A stretch of 64,000 nucleotides of DNA from a virus. Taxonomy: Duplodnaviria > Caudoviricetes. Location of the stretch: IMG/VR virus record IMGVR_UViG_3300028048_000069, positions 32,001-96,000 of that record; one strand, 5' to 3'. The notes below the pieces were generated by a model. The model saw only the letters and a list, made by a program, of their open reading frames with translations, was not told where the DNA came from and made no database searches. The position numbers were made by a program, and so were the translations under genes. Of this stretch, positions 49,583 to 59,963 are shown piece after piece. Position 1 is the stretch's first letter. Every line of letters starts with the position of its first letter.

Positions 49583-49591
49583 GGAGTAAGT

Positions 49592-50683
49592 ATGAATAAA
49601 TTAGATGAACTGATGAAAGAGGTAAATAAAAAATTTAAGGACGAGATTTTTGTAAAGGGTGTAAAGTGGGAAGACACTAATGATAAAATACCATTTTCAA
49701 GTCCACGCGCAAACTATATGACTTATGGTGGAATCCCATTAGGTCGTGCAGTACAATTTTTTGGGGTAAATTCTGGCGGTAAAACAACTACATCATTAGA
49801 TATTGTAGCCAATGCTCAAAAGTTATTTGAAAGAATGGCGATTAAAAATGATGAGCCAGAAAAAGAAATTTTATTTATTGACGCAGAAAATACCCTAGAT
49901 GAACTGTGGGCAACTAAATTAGGTGTAAATTTAGATAAATTGCGAATATTAAGACCACAAGCACAATCAGCCGAAGATATATTCCAAATCATTTTAGATG
50001 CTGTAAATACAGGTGAATTAGGGTTGGTAGTCCTTGATAGTGTAGGTGTTCTTTTAAGTAATGCTGCTTGGGAAGCAAATATGGATGAAAGAACCTATTG
50101 TGGTATTGCTGGGCCTTTAACAACTTTTGTTGGAAAGATAACTCCATTATTGCATAGATATCACACTACTCTTATTTATATTAACCAAATTCGTGATGTA
50201 TTAAATGCTCGTATTCCTATGCAGAGCACACCAGGTGGTCGTGCCTTATCACATAGTTTATCATTAAACATTAAATTTTGGAAAGGTTCGTTTATCGATG
50301 AATTGGGTGCTGAAATGAAATCCTCTTCAGAAAACCCTGCAGGCAATTTAGTTATGATGTCGATTGAAAAAACAAAGGTGTGTAGACCAGATAGAAGAAC
50401 AGGTTTTTATACATTAAATTATAAAGATGGCATTGATAAAATAAATGACTTAGTTGATTTGTGTATGAAAGAAGGTATTGTTGAACAATCTGGCGCGTGG
50501 TTCACTGTAAATAATTGGACAAAACTAATTGAAACAGGTGAAATTGAACCCGCAAAAGTTGACGGAAAAAATATTCTTAAATTTCAGGGCAGACCTAAAT
50601 TAGTACAATATTTAAAGGACAATGAACATATCACCAATTCTATTAGTGAATGTGTATTAAAATTATTAAATAAGGAAAATTAA
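49592..50683 (+). CDS. recA: RecA/UvsX recombinase
   Basis: GGIPLGR, GVNSGGKTT, FIDAE, LDSV, INQIR, TPGGRAL, GAWF. Confidence 0.93.
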   Translation: MNKLDELMKEVNKKFKDEIFVKGVKWEDTNDKIPFSSPRANYMTYGGIPLGRAVQFFGVNSGGKTTTSLDIVANAQKLFERMAIKNDEPEKEILFIDAENTLDELWATKLGVNLDKLRILRPQAQSAEDIFQIILDAVNTGELGLVVLDSVGVLLSNAAWEANMDERTYCGIAGPLTTFVGKITPLLHRYHTTLIYINQIRDVLNARIPMQSTPGGRALSHSLSLNIKFWKGSFIDELGAEMKSSSENPAGNLVMMSIEKTKVCRPDRRTGFYTLNYKDGIDKINDLVDLCMKEGIVEQSGAWFTVNNWTKLIETGEIEPAKVDGKNILKFQGRPKLVQYLKDNEHITNSISECVLKLLNKEN

Positions 50684-50684
50684 T

Positions 50685-51452
50685 ATGGATAATATAACAG
50701 AAAAATTAAATGGCGCAACAAAAGAAGAGTTGGATATTCTTAACTCAAAGGTAGATACAGCCACAGAAGAAATGGGTAAAATCAATGGTAAAAAGGATAT
50801 GATTAAAATTCTAAAGAAGGATTTTACTGATAACTTACTTACTGCTGTAAAAGAAGAATTTCCTAAGGCTAATTTAAAGCGCGAGGAAAAAGTACTAAAA
50901 GGGTTATTTGGTAAATTATTAAAAAGCCAAGTAGATGTGGATGCAGAAGATAAGGATGGGTTAGTAGTTGCTGGATATCTACGAAAAAAAGTAGAAGAAA
51001 TGGTTATGCTAATCTATGCTTATAGATATTTAAAAGACCAATCTATTAATAGAATGTTTGAAAGTTATGGTATTAAATTAGATTATGAACCTATTGAAAC
51101 TAAATTAAAATATTTAGCAGGTACTACTTTTAAAGAATCTGTTACCACTTATGTAAATCAAGCAGTTGAATTACAAGTAGATAGTGATAATATTAAAACT
51201 AACATTGAAGAAAATATTTATAATGAAATTCCAGCCACTTTGAAATATAATAAAGATGTGAACCCATCTGGAATTAAAAAAAGTATTTTTAAGAAGTTTT
51301 CATTATTAAAACTGTTAAAGAAAATTAATTTGATTAAAGCAAAACACAGTTATGAAAAAATGGCAGTCGCCGCTGAAGTCAGTAGTCGTGCAAATACTTT
51401 AGCAGTTGCTATCGCCGATAACTTAGTTTCTGATGGGAAGGAAGCAATTTAA
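50685..51452 (+). CDS. Hypothetical protein
   Basis: 255 aa ORF with RBS. Confidence 0.65.
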   Translation: MDNITEKLNGATKEELDILNSKVDTATEEMGKINGKKDMIKILKKDFTDNLLTAVKEEFPKANLKREEKVLKGLFGKLLKSQVDVDAEDKDGLVVAGYLRKKVEEMVMLIYAYRYLKDQSINRMFESYGIKLDYEPIETKLKYLAGTTFKESVTTYVNQAVELQVDSDNIKTNIEENIYNEIPATLKYNKDVNPSGIKKSIFKKFSLLKLLKKINLIKAKHSYEKMAVAAEVSSRANTLAVAIADNLVSDGKEAI

Positions 51453-51453
51453 T

Positions 51454-52158
51454 ATGAGAGCACAGGTATTAAGTATAGATAATCATTATGCATATAGAAT
51501 AATGTACACAGCAGCAAGAACTTGTTATTCTAAAGACTCACCTATTGATATTTTTTATAATAGTGCGAGTAAGGATGTTTCCGATATGGAAAAGGTTATT
51601 TGCAAAGCATTGGATGCAGGTCATTTATCTATAGCAGAGCATTATCAATTTAATATCTTAATTGAAGGTGTAAGCAGAGCATTAACTCATCAATTAGTTA
51701 GACATAGACATTGTACTTTTAGCCAACAAAGCCAAAGATATTGTAAATTGGATAAAGGTTTTGACTATCTTATTCCAGAAAGTATAAAACAAAATGCAGA
51801 GTTGGAAGAAGGATTTAAAATTGCAATGAATAGTTTATCTGATTTTTATGATATTTTAATTGCTGAAGGCATTAAACCAGAAGATGCTAGATTTATTTTG
51901 CCTAATGCCTGTGCCTCTAATATTGTTTTAACCTGTAATTTGCGCGAACTTATGCATATTTGTAATGAAAGATTATGCACTTGTGCACAAACAGAAATAA
52001 GAGTATTATTTGGCGAGATAACAAAACAAGTCGTTGATGGATTACCTTTAGCAAAAAAATATTTGGTTCCTAAATGCGAACTATTAGGGTACTGTAATGA
52101 AATTCCCAATAGAAGTTGCGGAAGAAAAATACTTAAAGAAAAATTATTTACTAAATAA
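51454..52158 (+). CDS. thyX: Flavin-dependent thymidylate synthase
   Basis: HQLVRHR..TFSQQSQRY, EDARFILP, NLREL, AQTEIR. Confidence 0.95.
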   Translation: MRAQVLSIDNHYAYRIMYTAARTCYSKDSPIDIFYNSASKDVSDMEKVICKALDAGHLSIAEHYQFNILIEGVSRALTHQLVRHRHCTFSQQSQRYCKLDKGFDYLIPESIKQNAELEEGFKIAMNSLSDFYDILIAEGIKPEDARFILPNACASNIVLTCNLRELMHICNERLCTCAQTEIRVLFGEITKQVVDGLPLAKKYLVPKCELLGYCNEIPNRSCGRKILKEKLFTK

Positions 52159-52181
52159 ATTAAAATTAGTATAATATAAGT

Positions 52182-52379
52182 ATGATTACATTTTTAATAG
52201 TATATAAACACAATGCCTCTATATCTGAATACAAAAATATGAAATTTGTATCGGATGGCGCGCCTAGTTTATCAGAAATTCAACTAAAAATCATTGACCT
52301 TCATAAATGGAAAGTCAATGATTTTGCTATTATTAACATATTACCTATTAAAACAGAACTATTCGAACATGGAAAATAA
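52182..52379 (+). CDS. Hypothetical protein (likely leaderless)
   Basis: ATG 6 nt after TATAAT of the 52166 motif. Confidence 0.55.
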   Translation: MITFLIVYKHNASISEYKNMKFVSDGAPSLSEIQLKIIDLHKWKVNDFAIINILPIKTELFEHGK

Positions 52380-52382
52380 TTA

Positions 52383-52411
52383 TTTACAAAATTGAAAAAA
52401 TTTAGTATGAT
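52383..52411 (+). promoter_or_regulatory. Sigma70-type promoter
   Basis: TTTACA-N17-TATGAT. Confidence 0.55.
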
Positions 52412-52451
52412 ATAAGTGTAAGAACAAAAACTAAAAAAACAGGAGTGTAAA

Positions 52452-53063
52452 ATGTTAGTAAAAAATGTAAAAGTATGTACCCACTGTAAAAAACAATTGC
52501 CAGTAACGGAGTTCTATGTCGATAGACATTCAAAGGATGGACTTCAAAATTGGTGTAAATCTTGTAAAAATGAATCAAACCGAAAAAATCAACTCAAGAT
52601 TAAAAATCAAAAAAGAAACACAGAACTAAAACGATTATCACATTATCACTTAAAGCATGGTCTTGAGTATGAATTAAGGGGCGATAAATTACACAAAGGT
52701 TTAAGAAAATATGTTGTTTATAAATGTTTAGATTGCGGTAAAGAAGTTGAATCTAAAGTAACGACCGCTTGGGAACATAAATTTAAATGTGATGATTGTT
52801 TAGAAAAAAGTCTTGCTAATAAACCACAAAAACGAGCCTACAGAAAAAAGAATGTAATTAAAACAAGGCAAGAGCCTTATGAAATTCCGCATTTCAATGT
52901 GGATAAATTAAATGATGTAGAACAAAAACAAATTCGTAGAAGATATTATAGGGAAAATGACCCTATTATTAAAGTAATTGTAGTTCCTGTTCCACAACCT
53001 CAAACAGAAAATAGATTTACCAAATGGCTTAAAGGGTTATTTGGTAAAAAAGACTTACAGTAG
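52452..53063 (+). CDS. Zn-finger protein
   Basis: KVCTHCK...F...KDGL..WCKSC plus a second CxxC pair; AGGAG RBS. Confidence 0.65.
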   Translation: MLVKNVKVCTHCKKQLPVTEFYVDRHSKDGLQNWCKSCKNESNRKNQLKIKNQKRNTELKRLSHYHLKHGLEYELRGDKLHKGLRKYVVYKCLDCGKEVESKVTTAWEHKFKCDDCLEKSLANKPQKRAYRKKNVIKTRQEPYEIPHFNVDKLNDVEQKQIRRRYYRENDPIIKVIVVPVPQPQTENRFTKWLKGLFGKKDLQ

Positions 53064-53138
53064 TATCAAGTACCTAAGAAAATAACACTAGTTTGCCAGT
53101 TCTAGTACCTCAATAAAAACTGGCAATTTTATAAAAGG

Positions 53139-53648
53139 GTGGGGATTTATATGAGTACAGGAGAAAAGTTGTTTGTAGGTATAATTACAGCATTTATTTT
53201 AGGTTTTAGCACTGCTATTTATGTATGGTCACATTGGATAGATGACACACCGAAAGAAGTGATGGTAGAAGTTCCACAATCACTAGTAATAGAAATTCCG
53301 CAGAAGTACAATCTAACTGGTACAGAATATACCAAAAGGGTGTTAAACGACATCACTATAACATCCTACAATAATCATGCAAATCAAACAGATGATAGTC
53401 CGAACATTACTGCTACGAGCCGACCTGTAAGAGAAAATATGGTGGCAGCATCACCTGATTTATTAACTAAAGGGATAATCAGATATGGGGATTTAGTTTA
53501 TATTGATTGTATGAAACAGTGGTATGTGGTTGAAGATACAATGAATAAACGCTTTGAACGAAGGATAGATATATTTTTATTTAGTAAAGATGAAAGTTTA
53601 AAAATAAATAAGAAATGCAATATCGAAGTTTTGCACATTAATAAATAG
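53139..53648 (+). CDS. 3D-domain (peptidoglycan-active) membrane protein
   Basis: N-terminal TM; TSYN...QTDDSP.ITA, VAAS.DL, YG, VEDTM..RF..RIDIF. Confidence 0.8.
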   Translation: MGIYMSTGEKLFVGIITAFILGFSTAIYVWSHWIDDTPKEVMVEVPQSLVIEIPQKYNLTGTEYTKRVLNDITITSYNNHANQTDDSPNITATSRPVRENMVAASPDLLTKGIIRYGDLVYIDCMKQWYVVEDTMNKRFERRIDIFLFSKDESLKINKKCNIEVLHINK

Positions 53649-53649
53649 T

Positions 53650-53868
53650 ATGAATGATAATGAATTGGAAATTTTAGTAAGATCTTGCATAAGAAAGCAT
53701 CGGTATCCCACTGCTCAAACTGCTCAAGAGGCAATAAATAGAGTGCATAAGAAAAGGGATACACCATTGCGCTATTATTACTGTAAGAGATGTTGTGGTT
53801 ATCATTTAACAAAGAGAGTTGGGGAGAATATTGTGGATGGAAGAAAAAAGGTATATAAACCAATTTGA
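53650..53868 (+). CDS. Small hypothetical Zn-binding protein
   Basis: C..K.RY...YYC..C.GYHLT. Confidence 0.6.
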   Translation: MNDNELEILVRSCIRKHRYPTAQTAQEAINRVHKKRDTPLRYYYCKRCCGYHLTKRVGENIVDGRKKVYKPI

Positions 53869-54397
53869 TACAACCGAAAAGTGTAGTGAGTTTGGTAAAC
53901 TAGCAGAAGATTTATTTCAAAAATTTCTAATAAATAATCGTATATTTTTTAGAAAAGCAACGCAAGAAGAACAGTTTAATCACATAGATTTTATTTATCT
54001 ACACGATAAGACCTTAAATCCTTGTTCAGTTGAAATAAAGTATTCTAAAAAGATAAACAGAACAGATATTGATGTTTCCCCAGATTATATGTGGGTTGAG
54101 TTCAAAAATGTCTGCGGTGGGAAAGGTTGGCTATTTGGTAATAGTGATTATACAGCCTTTTATGACAAGTTTAAGAACAAATTTATTATGGTAGAAACTG
54201 CTAGATTAAGGGAAAGATGCATAGAGTTATGTAATCAAGGAACTACTGATAATAAAAGTGATGCTTTATATAAGCATTATACAAGGGAAGGCAGACAAGA
54301 TGATATTTCTTTGGTAAAAATAAAAGATTTAGAGGATATAGCAAGGGCAATTTTTGACCCTAACAAGGAGTTAGATTATGCTGATGTTAAATATTGA
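53819..54397 (+). CDS. PD-(D/E)xK nuclease-like protein
   Basis: HIDF...VEIK, WVEF.NV.G.KGW. Confidence 0.6.
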   Translation: MGRILWMEEKRYINQFDTTEKCSEFGKLAEDLFQKFLINNRIFFRKATQEEQFNHIDFIYLHDKTLNPCSVEIKYSKKINRTDIDVSPDYMWVEFKNVCGGKGWLFGNSDYTAFYDKFKNKFIMVETARLRERCIELCNQGTTDNKSDALYKHYTREGRQDDISLVKIKDLEDIARAIFDPNKELDYADVKY

Positions 54398-54896
54398 AAG
54401 ATTAACTGCTGTAACATTGCCTAAAAAGGCACATAAGACAGATGCTGGAATTGATTTTTATATTCCTAATGATTTAAATTATGTTCTAAAAAATGGTAAA
54501 AATATTAAGATAGGGTTATATACTCGTAATATGGATCCCACTAATGATAAAATCACTTCGGCTGCCATTGAGATTAAACCGAATGAATCTTGTTTAATTC
54601 CTATGGGTATTAAAACATCCTTTAATAAAGATTATGCATTGGTATTCTTTAATAGGTCTGGTATCGCCACGAAAAAGCATTTATTAAGAGGTGCTTGCAT
54701 AGTAGATAGTGAATATAGGGGAGAGATTTTTGTTAATTTAAATAATGTATCAAACGAAACTCAATATCTACTTCCTGGTGAAAAATTGATACAAGCAATG
54801 TTACTTCCTGTTCCAGAAGTAGATATTCAAGAAGGAAAAGTAGATATTGATACAGAAAGGGGAGAAGGTGGATTTGGTTCTACCGATAAAAAATAG
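54378..54896 (+). CDS. dut: dUTPase (trimeric)
   Basis: DAGIDF, RSG, VDSEYRGE, RGEGGFGST. Confidence 0.95.
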   Translation: MLMLNIERLTAVTLPKKAHKTDAGIDFYIPNDLNYVLKNGKNIKIGLYTRNMDPTNDKITSAAIEIKPNESCLIPMGIKTSFNKDYALVFFNRSGIATKKHLLRGACIVDSEYRGEIFVNLNNVSNETQYLLPGEKLIQAMLLPVPEVDIQEGKVDIDTERGEGGFGSTDKK

Positions 54897-54904
54897 GGTG
54901 AAAT

Positions 54905-55171
54905 ATGACATTAGATGAAGCAAAAAAGTTAAAAGTCGGCCAGGAGATATGGTATAGTTCATTTGGGGATTTACCAGAAAAAGTAGTTATTTCTAAAATA
55001 ATAACAGATGGGTATGGTAAATTAGAAATACATTTGGTAGATAATTGTTATATACCAGAAAGAGATTTAGATTATGTATTTTTAACATTTGATGAATGCG
55101 CTGATGCTTGTCAAAAATATTTTGAAAAGAAATTACAGAAATTAAGAGAATTAATTTTAATGGAAAAGTAA
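54905..55171 (+). CDS. Hypothetical protein
   Basis: 88 aa ORF with RBS. Confidence 0.6.
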   Translation: MTLDEAKKLKVGQEIWYSSFGDLPEKVVISKIITDGYGKLEIHLVDNCYIPERDLDYVFLTFDECADACQKYFEKKLQKLRELILMEK

Positions 55172-55204
55172 TTAGTATAATATAAAATAAGGGTGGGTTA
55201 AAAG

Positions 55205-55390
55205 ATGAAATTATTACTAGTATTCTATATTGGATTTACAATGGGTATGTGTATAATGGATTATTTAGATGTAAAAAATACAATAGATGTTCATCTATAC
55301 AAGAGGTCAATATTTAATGTAATATTAGCCACATTATTTTCACCTATTACCTTCCCTATATATTTATTATTAAATATAAAGGGGCGATAG
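55205..55390 (+). CDS. Small membrane protein
   Basis: Two hydrophobic segments; TTAGTATAATAT at 55172. Confidence 0.55.
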   Translation: MKLLLVFYIGFTMGMCIMDYLDVKNTIDVHLYKRSIFNVILATLFSPITFPIYLLLNIKGR

Positions 55391-55392
55391 TA

Positions 55393-55533
55393 ATGATAAC
55401 TAAATATATGTGTAAGAATTTTCAAAAAGATAATATTATTTGTGAGTTATGTGTTGCAAATAAAACTTATATTGATATTCAAAATGTTGAATGTCAAAGT
55501 TGTTTCGAACCAGAAATCAATAATTTAAAATAA
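55393..55533 (+). CDS. Small Cys-rich hypothetical protein
   Basis: 46 aa ORF filling the gap. Confidence 0.4.
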   Translation: MITKYMCKNFQKDNIICELCVANKTYIDIQNVECQSCFEPEINNLK

Positions 55534-55541
55534 GACATTAT

Positions 55542-56033
55542 ATGGAATATAGAAATTTATATGTATTTGATTTAGATGGCACATTGTGTGATATTACACA
55601 TCGTCTAAAGTATATTAGAAATAGTAATGGTACTAGATTAACACATCCTAATTGGGAAAAGTTTTTTAAAGAATGTGTAAATGATGAACCATTATCTGGA
55701 ACCATTGAAATATTGAAATCATTACAAAGATGCGGAAAGCAAATATGTATATGTTCTGGACGTTCTGATGAAGTTAAAGCAGAAACAATTCATTGGCTTC
55801 AACTTCAAGGCATAGATATAATTCGTTTAATTTTAGTAATGAGAAAAGATGGAGATTATAGATCTGATATTACTGTAAAAGATGAATTATTAACTGGAGT
55901 ATTAAGCATTTTAAATAACGAATTTGAAGGAGTTACTTGGAATCCTATTATTTTTGAAGATAGAAAACAAGTAGTTGATATGTGGAGAAGTAAAGGATTT
56001 ACTTGTTATCAAGTAGCACCTGGAGAATTTTAA
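55542..56033 (+). CDS. HAD-family polynucleotide 3'-phosphatase (PNK phosphatase domain-like)
   Basis: FDLDGTL, SGR, MR..GD.R.D, FEDR.QVVDMWR..G. Confidence 0.88.
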   Translation: MEYRNLYVFDLDGTLCDITHRLKYIRNSNGTRLTHPNWEKFFKECVNDEPLSGTIEILKSLQRCGKQICICSGRSDEVKAETIHWLQLQGIDIIRLILVMRKDGDYRSDITVKDELLTGVLSILNNEFEGVTWNPIIFEDRKQVVDMWRSKGFTCYQVAPGEF

Positions 56034-56602
56034 AAAGGAGAATAATTATGTGGCCGTTTAAAAAGAAAGAACAACTTAAATATAAATTAACTAGAGATTC
56101 AAAAGGACATTATCATCTTAATTATAAGGATGTATATACAAATGAATATGAAACATTAATTGCTGAATCCACTGATGAATGTTTAATAAGATGTTTATTT
56201 GTTTCTTTGTCTCAACAAGTTGATTTAGCAGAAGAAATTAAAAAGCATATTGATGATTCTATGCCAAAAGGATATGTTGATAGAATTACAATTGGAAATC
56301 ATACTTTTATTAGCGATAATATTGTGAGTAGTACTATTCCAACAACAGAAGATATTAAAAATATAATTGAAGACCCTAATATTTTTTATGCAGTACAAGG
56401 AAATTATCCTAATATTGTAATTAGTAAATATGAAAAAGTAGCAGAAGATTCCTTTAATTATTGTTTAAGACAAGAAGAAGGTAATTTATCTTTATTGCCT
56501 AAAACTATTTGTTTTAATTCAAAGGCGGATGCTATAATTTATCAAAACAATTTAATACAAAAATCATTAGAAGAACAATCAAAAGGTAAAAAGAAAAATT
56601 AA
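56003..56602 (+). CDS. Hypothetical protein
   Basis: ORF; true start probably the ATG at 56048 after AAGGAG. Confidence 0.6.
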   Translation: MLSSSTWRILKRRIIMWPFKKKEQLKYKLTRDSKGHYHLNYKDVYTNEYETLIAESTDECLIRCLFVSLSQQVDLAEEIKKHIDDSMPKGYVDRITIGNHTFISDNIVSSTIPTTEDIKNIIEDPNIFYAVQGNYPNIVISKYEKVAEDSFNYCLRQEEGNLSLLPKTICFNSKADAIIYQNNLIQKSLEEQSKGKKKN

Positions 56603-56610
56603 GGTATAGT

Positions 56611-56955
56611 ATGAAAGTTAAAAAATATAAAACAGAACAAGAAAAACGACAAGCATATAATGAATATGCCAAAAACTATTATTACTTACATAAGAATGAC
56701 CCAGAGTTTAAGGCGAAAAGAAAAAGTTATTATAAAGGCTATTATGATAGTTTATCAGATGTAAAGAAAGAAGCCTATAGAACCTATAATTCTGAATATT
56801 CTTTTTATGTAAGAAGTGTTATTACAGGTAAATTAGAAAAGAAAATAGTAAAGAATAAAGAAAAAGTAAAAGAATTAGAAAATAAAATACACGAAATGCA
56901 AGGAAAACTCAACTATATGAGAAATAAATTTGAACATCTCGGAAAGAAAAAATGA
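56611..56955 (+). CDS. Basic Tyr/Lys-rich hypothetical protein
   Basis: 114 aa ORF. Confidence 0.55.
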   Translation: MKVKKYKTEQEKRQAYNEYAKNYYYLHKNDPEFKAKRKSYYKGYYDSLSDVKKEAYRTYNSEYSFYVRSVITGKLEKKIVKNKEKVKELENKIHEMQGKLNYMRNKFEHLGKKK

Positions 56956-57034
56956 ACATATATAATATCAATGACTTTTTAGACGAAGAGTTTTATAATA
57001 AAATAGTATCTAAATGTAGTTTTCAATTTCAAAG

Positions 57035-57382
57035 ATGGTGGAAAAAATGATTGATAAGAAATTCTTTAAAAAAGTAATGAATGCAATAATAGAGATCGAT
57101 ACAAAATTAGATAAGTTAAACTCTGTTAATGCAGAAGCAGTATCCTTTGTTATAGATTACTCATTACAAGATGAACTAATAGATACTCTCGGAGCCGCTA
57201 TGAATTTAGATAATAACGAGTACTATGGGAATACTATTAGTTGGTGGGTATATGAAACTAACTTCGGCAAAAAGAATAATGTAGTAGTTTTTAATAATAA
57301 AACTATGAAAGTAGATACTATTGATAAACTATATGATTTATGTGTAAAAGAAGGTCAGCAAAATATATCCATATCGGAGTAA
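57035..57382 (+). CDS. Hypothetical protein
   Basis: ISWWVYE..FG pattern. Confidence 0.6.
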   Translation: MVEKMIDKKFFKKVMNAIIEIDTKLDKLNSVNAEAVSFVIDYSLQDELIDTLGAAMNLDNNEYYGNTISWWVYETNFGKKNNVVVFNNKTMKVDTIDKLYDLCVKEGQQNISISE

Positions 57383-57384
57383 AA

Positions 57385-58023
57385 ATGAAGATAGCAGCAT
57401 TTAGTGATTGTCATTGGTTATATAAAGATATAAAAGATTTCCCAGAAGCAGATTTATGTATATTTGCAGGTGATTGGTGCGGTAGTGGATATTATATCAA
57501 TGAAACAACAGATTTTTTAAGTTGGTTTAAGGATTTACCTTATAAGCATAAAGTGGCTGTTCCAGGTAATCACGACCGATTATGTGAATTAAACGAAAAG
57601 ATGGTGAAAGACCTTTTCCTGCAGGCTGGCTCTCATCTATTAATTGATGAGCAAGTTGTAATAGAAGGGATTTCAATATATGGCTCACCTTGGAGTCCCT
57701 TCTTTAATAATTGGGCTTATATGCTAAATGAAGAACAGTTAAAATGGAAATTTAAGCACATACCCAAGGATGTAGATGTATTAGTAACACATACACCGCC
57801 GAAAGGTATTTTAGACCCAGATGAATATGGTAGTGAGTCATTAAGAAAAATATTAAATGATGTAAATCCTAAAATACATATATTCGGTCATAATCATGGT
57901 GGGTATGGTTATAAAGAAACTATTAACACAAAGTTCTATAATGTAAGTGTATGTAGTGATGCTGATACAGAACATCATAATACATATGAATTGGTAAATC
58001 CAATTTCCTTAATTAATATATAA
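57385..58023 (+). CDS. Calcineurin-like metallophosphoesterase
   Basis: SDCH, AGD, GNHD, THTPP, FGHNH. Confidence 0.9.
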   Translation: MKIAAFSDCHWLYKDIKDFPEADLCIFAGDWCGSGYYINETTDFLSWFKDLPYKHKVAVPGNHDRLCELNEKMVKDLFLQAGSHLLIDEQVVIEGISIYGSPWSPFFNNWAYMLNEEQLKWKFKHIPKDVDVLVTHTPPKGILDPDEYGSESLRKILNDVNPKIHIFGHNHGGYGYKETINTKFYNVSVCSDADTEHHNTYELVNPISLINI

Positions 58024-58044
58024 TTAAGGGTATTGAGTTAAAAT

Positions 58045-58081
58045 ATTGCCCCCAGTTTAATTAAATTCTGGGGGTAATTTT
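58045..58081 (+). terminator. Terminator-like hairpin
   Basis: ATTGCCCCCAG...CTGGGGGTAAT followed by a short T run. Confidence 0.55.
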
Positions 58082-58095
58082 ATAGAGGCAGTAAT

Positions 58096-58662
58096 ATGAA
58101 GAAATGTAAACAGTGTGGATGCGAATTTGAACCTTTAACTCATAATCAGCAATTTTGTAAAAAAGAGTGCGGAAGGGAATATAATTTAAAAATTCGTAGG
58201 GATAGATATAAACAGCCATTAAAGCGCATAGAGTATTGTGTATATTGTGGTAAGCCATTAAATCCTTATGGATCTCAAAAATACTGTAATGCCGAATGTA
58301 GAAGATTGCATAGAAATCAAAAGAGAAACAAAAGCGGTAGGATATGTAATAGGGTTGTAGTTCCAGAAACACTAAAGAAGTGTGAATATTGCGGAAAGGA
58401 TATCCCCTTTAATAAGAATTATGCTAGTACCTATAGCCGAAAAAAGTACTGTTCTAGAGAATGCTGCTCAAATAGTTTTAAGGAACATAGAGAAAGATTT
58501 AGTGGAAATCAATTAGTTATTGATGGTTTTAAAATTATAATCAAGCATATAGGAAATAATTTTATGTGGGATGCCTATAAAGGTAATAAATTGGTTTTGA
58601 AAGGAAGTAATCCATTTGGTACTTTTATAGAATGTAAAAAGGATGCTCTGTCGGCATTTTAA
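58096..58662 (+). CDS. Multi Zn-finger (CxxC...YC..C repeats) protein
   Basis: Three CxxCG...(F/Y)C..EC repeats. Confidence 0.65.
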   Translation: MKKCKQCGCEFEPLTHNQQFCKKECGREYNLKIRRDRYKQPLKRIEYCVYCGKPLNPYGSQKYCNAECRRLHRNQKRNKSGRICNRVVVPETLKKCEYCGKDIPFNKNYASTYSRKKYCSRECCSNSFKEHRERFSGNQLVIDGFKIIIKHIGNNFMWDAYKGNKLVLKGSNPFGTFIECKKDALSAF

Positions 58663-58669
58663 AATATTG

Positions 58670-58698
58670 TTGACTTTTTTAAAAAGATTTATTATAAT
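58670..58698 (+). promoter_or_regulatory. Sigma70-type promoter
   Basis: TTGACT-N17-TATAAT, then AAGGAGGT RBS. Confidence 0.75.
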
Positions 58699-58726
58699 AT
58701 AAGTATAAAGTAAAGGAGGTAGTAAA

Positions 58727-59116
58727 ATGAAAAAATTAAATGTGTCGGAATTTAAGAAATTAAGTGAAAAACTTATTAATGATAGAGAAAAATTATATAA
58801 GGTATGGGAAAAAGAACTTACCAAAGAATTGACCCCCTATGTTAAATCAATTTCAGAACGGGAATGTCACAACTGTTTGGGTGAGTTTTATTTCGTATAC
58901 ACATTAGTAACAAAGAAAACTGGTATGATGCTAGACTTTTCTGTTGAAGATGATAATAATGGCGCGGAAAAGGATTGGATGGTGCATATACATGTTTATG
59001 ATTTACCAAAAGGATTTGAAGATAAATATAAGATGGTAGATGATTGTTGTATCTTCAAAAACAAAGATGTATATAAGGCCATAGAATTTCTTAAAAAACT
59101 AACCAAGGAGTTTTAA
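58727..59116 (+). CDS. Hypothetical (probably early) protein
   Basis: Strong promoter and RBS. Confidence 0.7.
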   Translation: MKKLNVSEFKKLSEKLINDREKLYKVWEKELTKELTPYVKSISERECHNCLGEFYFVYTLVTKKTGMMLDFSVEDDNNGAEKDWMVHIHVYDLPKGFEDKYKMVDDCCIFKNKDVYKAIEFLKKLTKEF

Positions 59117-59117
59117 T

Positions 59118-59255
59118 ATGAGAGTATGTCCTAAATGCCATAAAAAGTATAATGGATACCCAGCAATTAGTAGGCGCGACAATAAAACTGAAATATGTTC
59201 TATGTGTGGCCAGTTAGAGGCATTAGAAGATTTTTGGAAATGGAGAGTTAAATGA
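59118..59255 (+). CDS. Small Zn-ribbon protein
   Basis: CPKC...PAISRRDNKTEICSMC; AAGGAG RBS. Confidence 0.6.
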   Translation: MRVCPKCHKKYNGYPAISRRDNKTEICSMCGQLEALEDFWKWRVK

Positions 59256-59461
59256 AGAAAGTGTATTTAATTTTAGCATTATTATTTGTAGCCATATTAG
59301 GTTATTCATTTGCCAATGTAATGAAGATAAATCCTACCGATATTACTTCTCGTAAAGATTATGTGGGTAGTGGTATTACCAGATACGACCTTGGTGATGT
59401 AGAATGCTTTAAGGTTGATGTTGGTAATGGTGGAGTGGCATTATCTTGTTTGAGGAAATGA
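59252..59461 (+). CDS. Small secreted protein
   Basis: Signal peptide MKKVYLILALLFVAILGYSFA. Confidence 0.6.
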   Translation: MKKVYLILALLFVAILGYSFANVMKINPTDITSRKDYVGSGITRYDLGDVECFKVDVGNGGVALSCLRK

Positions 59462-59661
59462 ATATGAGCGAAAAAGAAGTTACTAAAAAGTATAGATGGT
59501 ACAAAGAGTTTTCCCTTCCACTAAACGACCATTTGTATAGAATTAATCTATTGCACGATATGGCAGAATTTGAAGTAAGGTTTGGTGATAAGGTAGTTGG
59601 TATTACAAGTGAACAAGAACATAATCATTTTGTAGTAATATATTATATAGAGGAGAAATAA
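59446..59661 (+). CDS. Hypothetical protein
   Basis: ORF in operon. Confidence 0.5.
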   Translation: MFEEMNMSEKEVTKKYRWYKEFSLPLNDHLYRINLLHDMAEFEVRFGDKVVGITSEQEHNHFVVIYYIEEK

Positions 59662-59663
59662 CA

Positions 59664-59954
59664 ATGAAAAATACATCAAAAAAAGAATCAAATAAGGAAC
59701 AAGAACTAATAAATGAATTGGTTGAAACAGTAGAAAAATATCCTATATGTAATACTATTGTATTTAATACATATAAGGAAGATAAAAAACTCACAGCGGC
59801 CATTAAAGAGTTATTATCATCTAAAATGAACAAGGATTACAAAATTATAGTGGATGAACCAAACGAAGATCATCCAGAAGGAACTTGTCATTTGGCTTTT
59901 ATACCTGAAAACCCGATGACATTAAAAGAATTGTTCAATAATCTACATAAGTAA
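59664..59954 (+). CDS. Hypothetical protein
   Basis: GAGGAG RBS. Confidence 0.6.
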   Translation: MKNTSKKESNKEQELINELVETVEKYPICNTIVFNTYKEDKKLTAAIKELLSSKMNKDYKIIVDEPNEDHPEGTCHLAFIPENPMTLKELFNNLHK

Positions 59955-59963
59955 GGAGTTAAT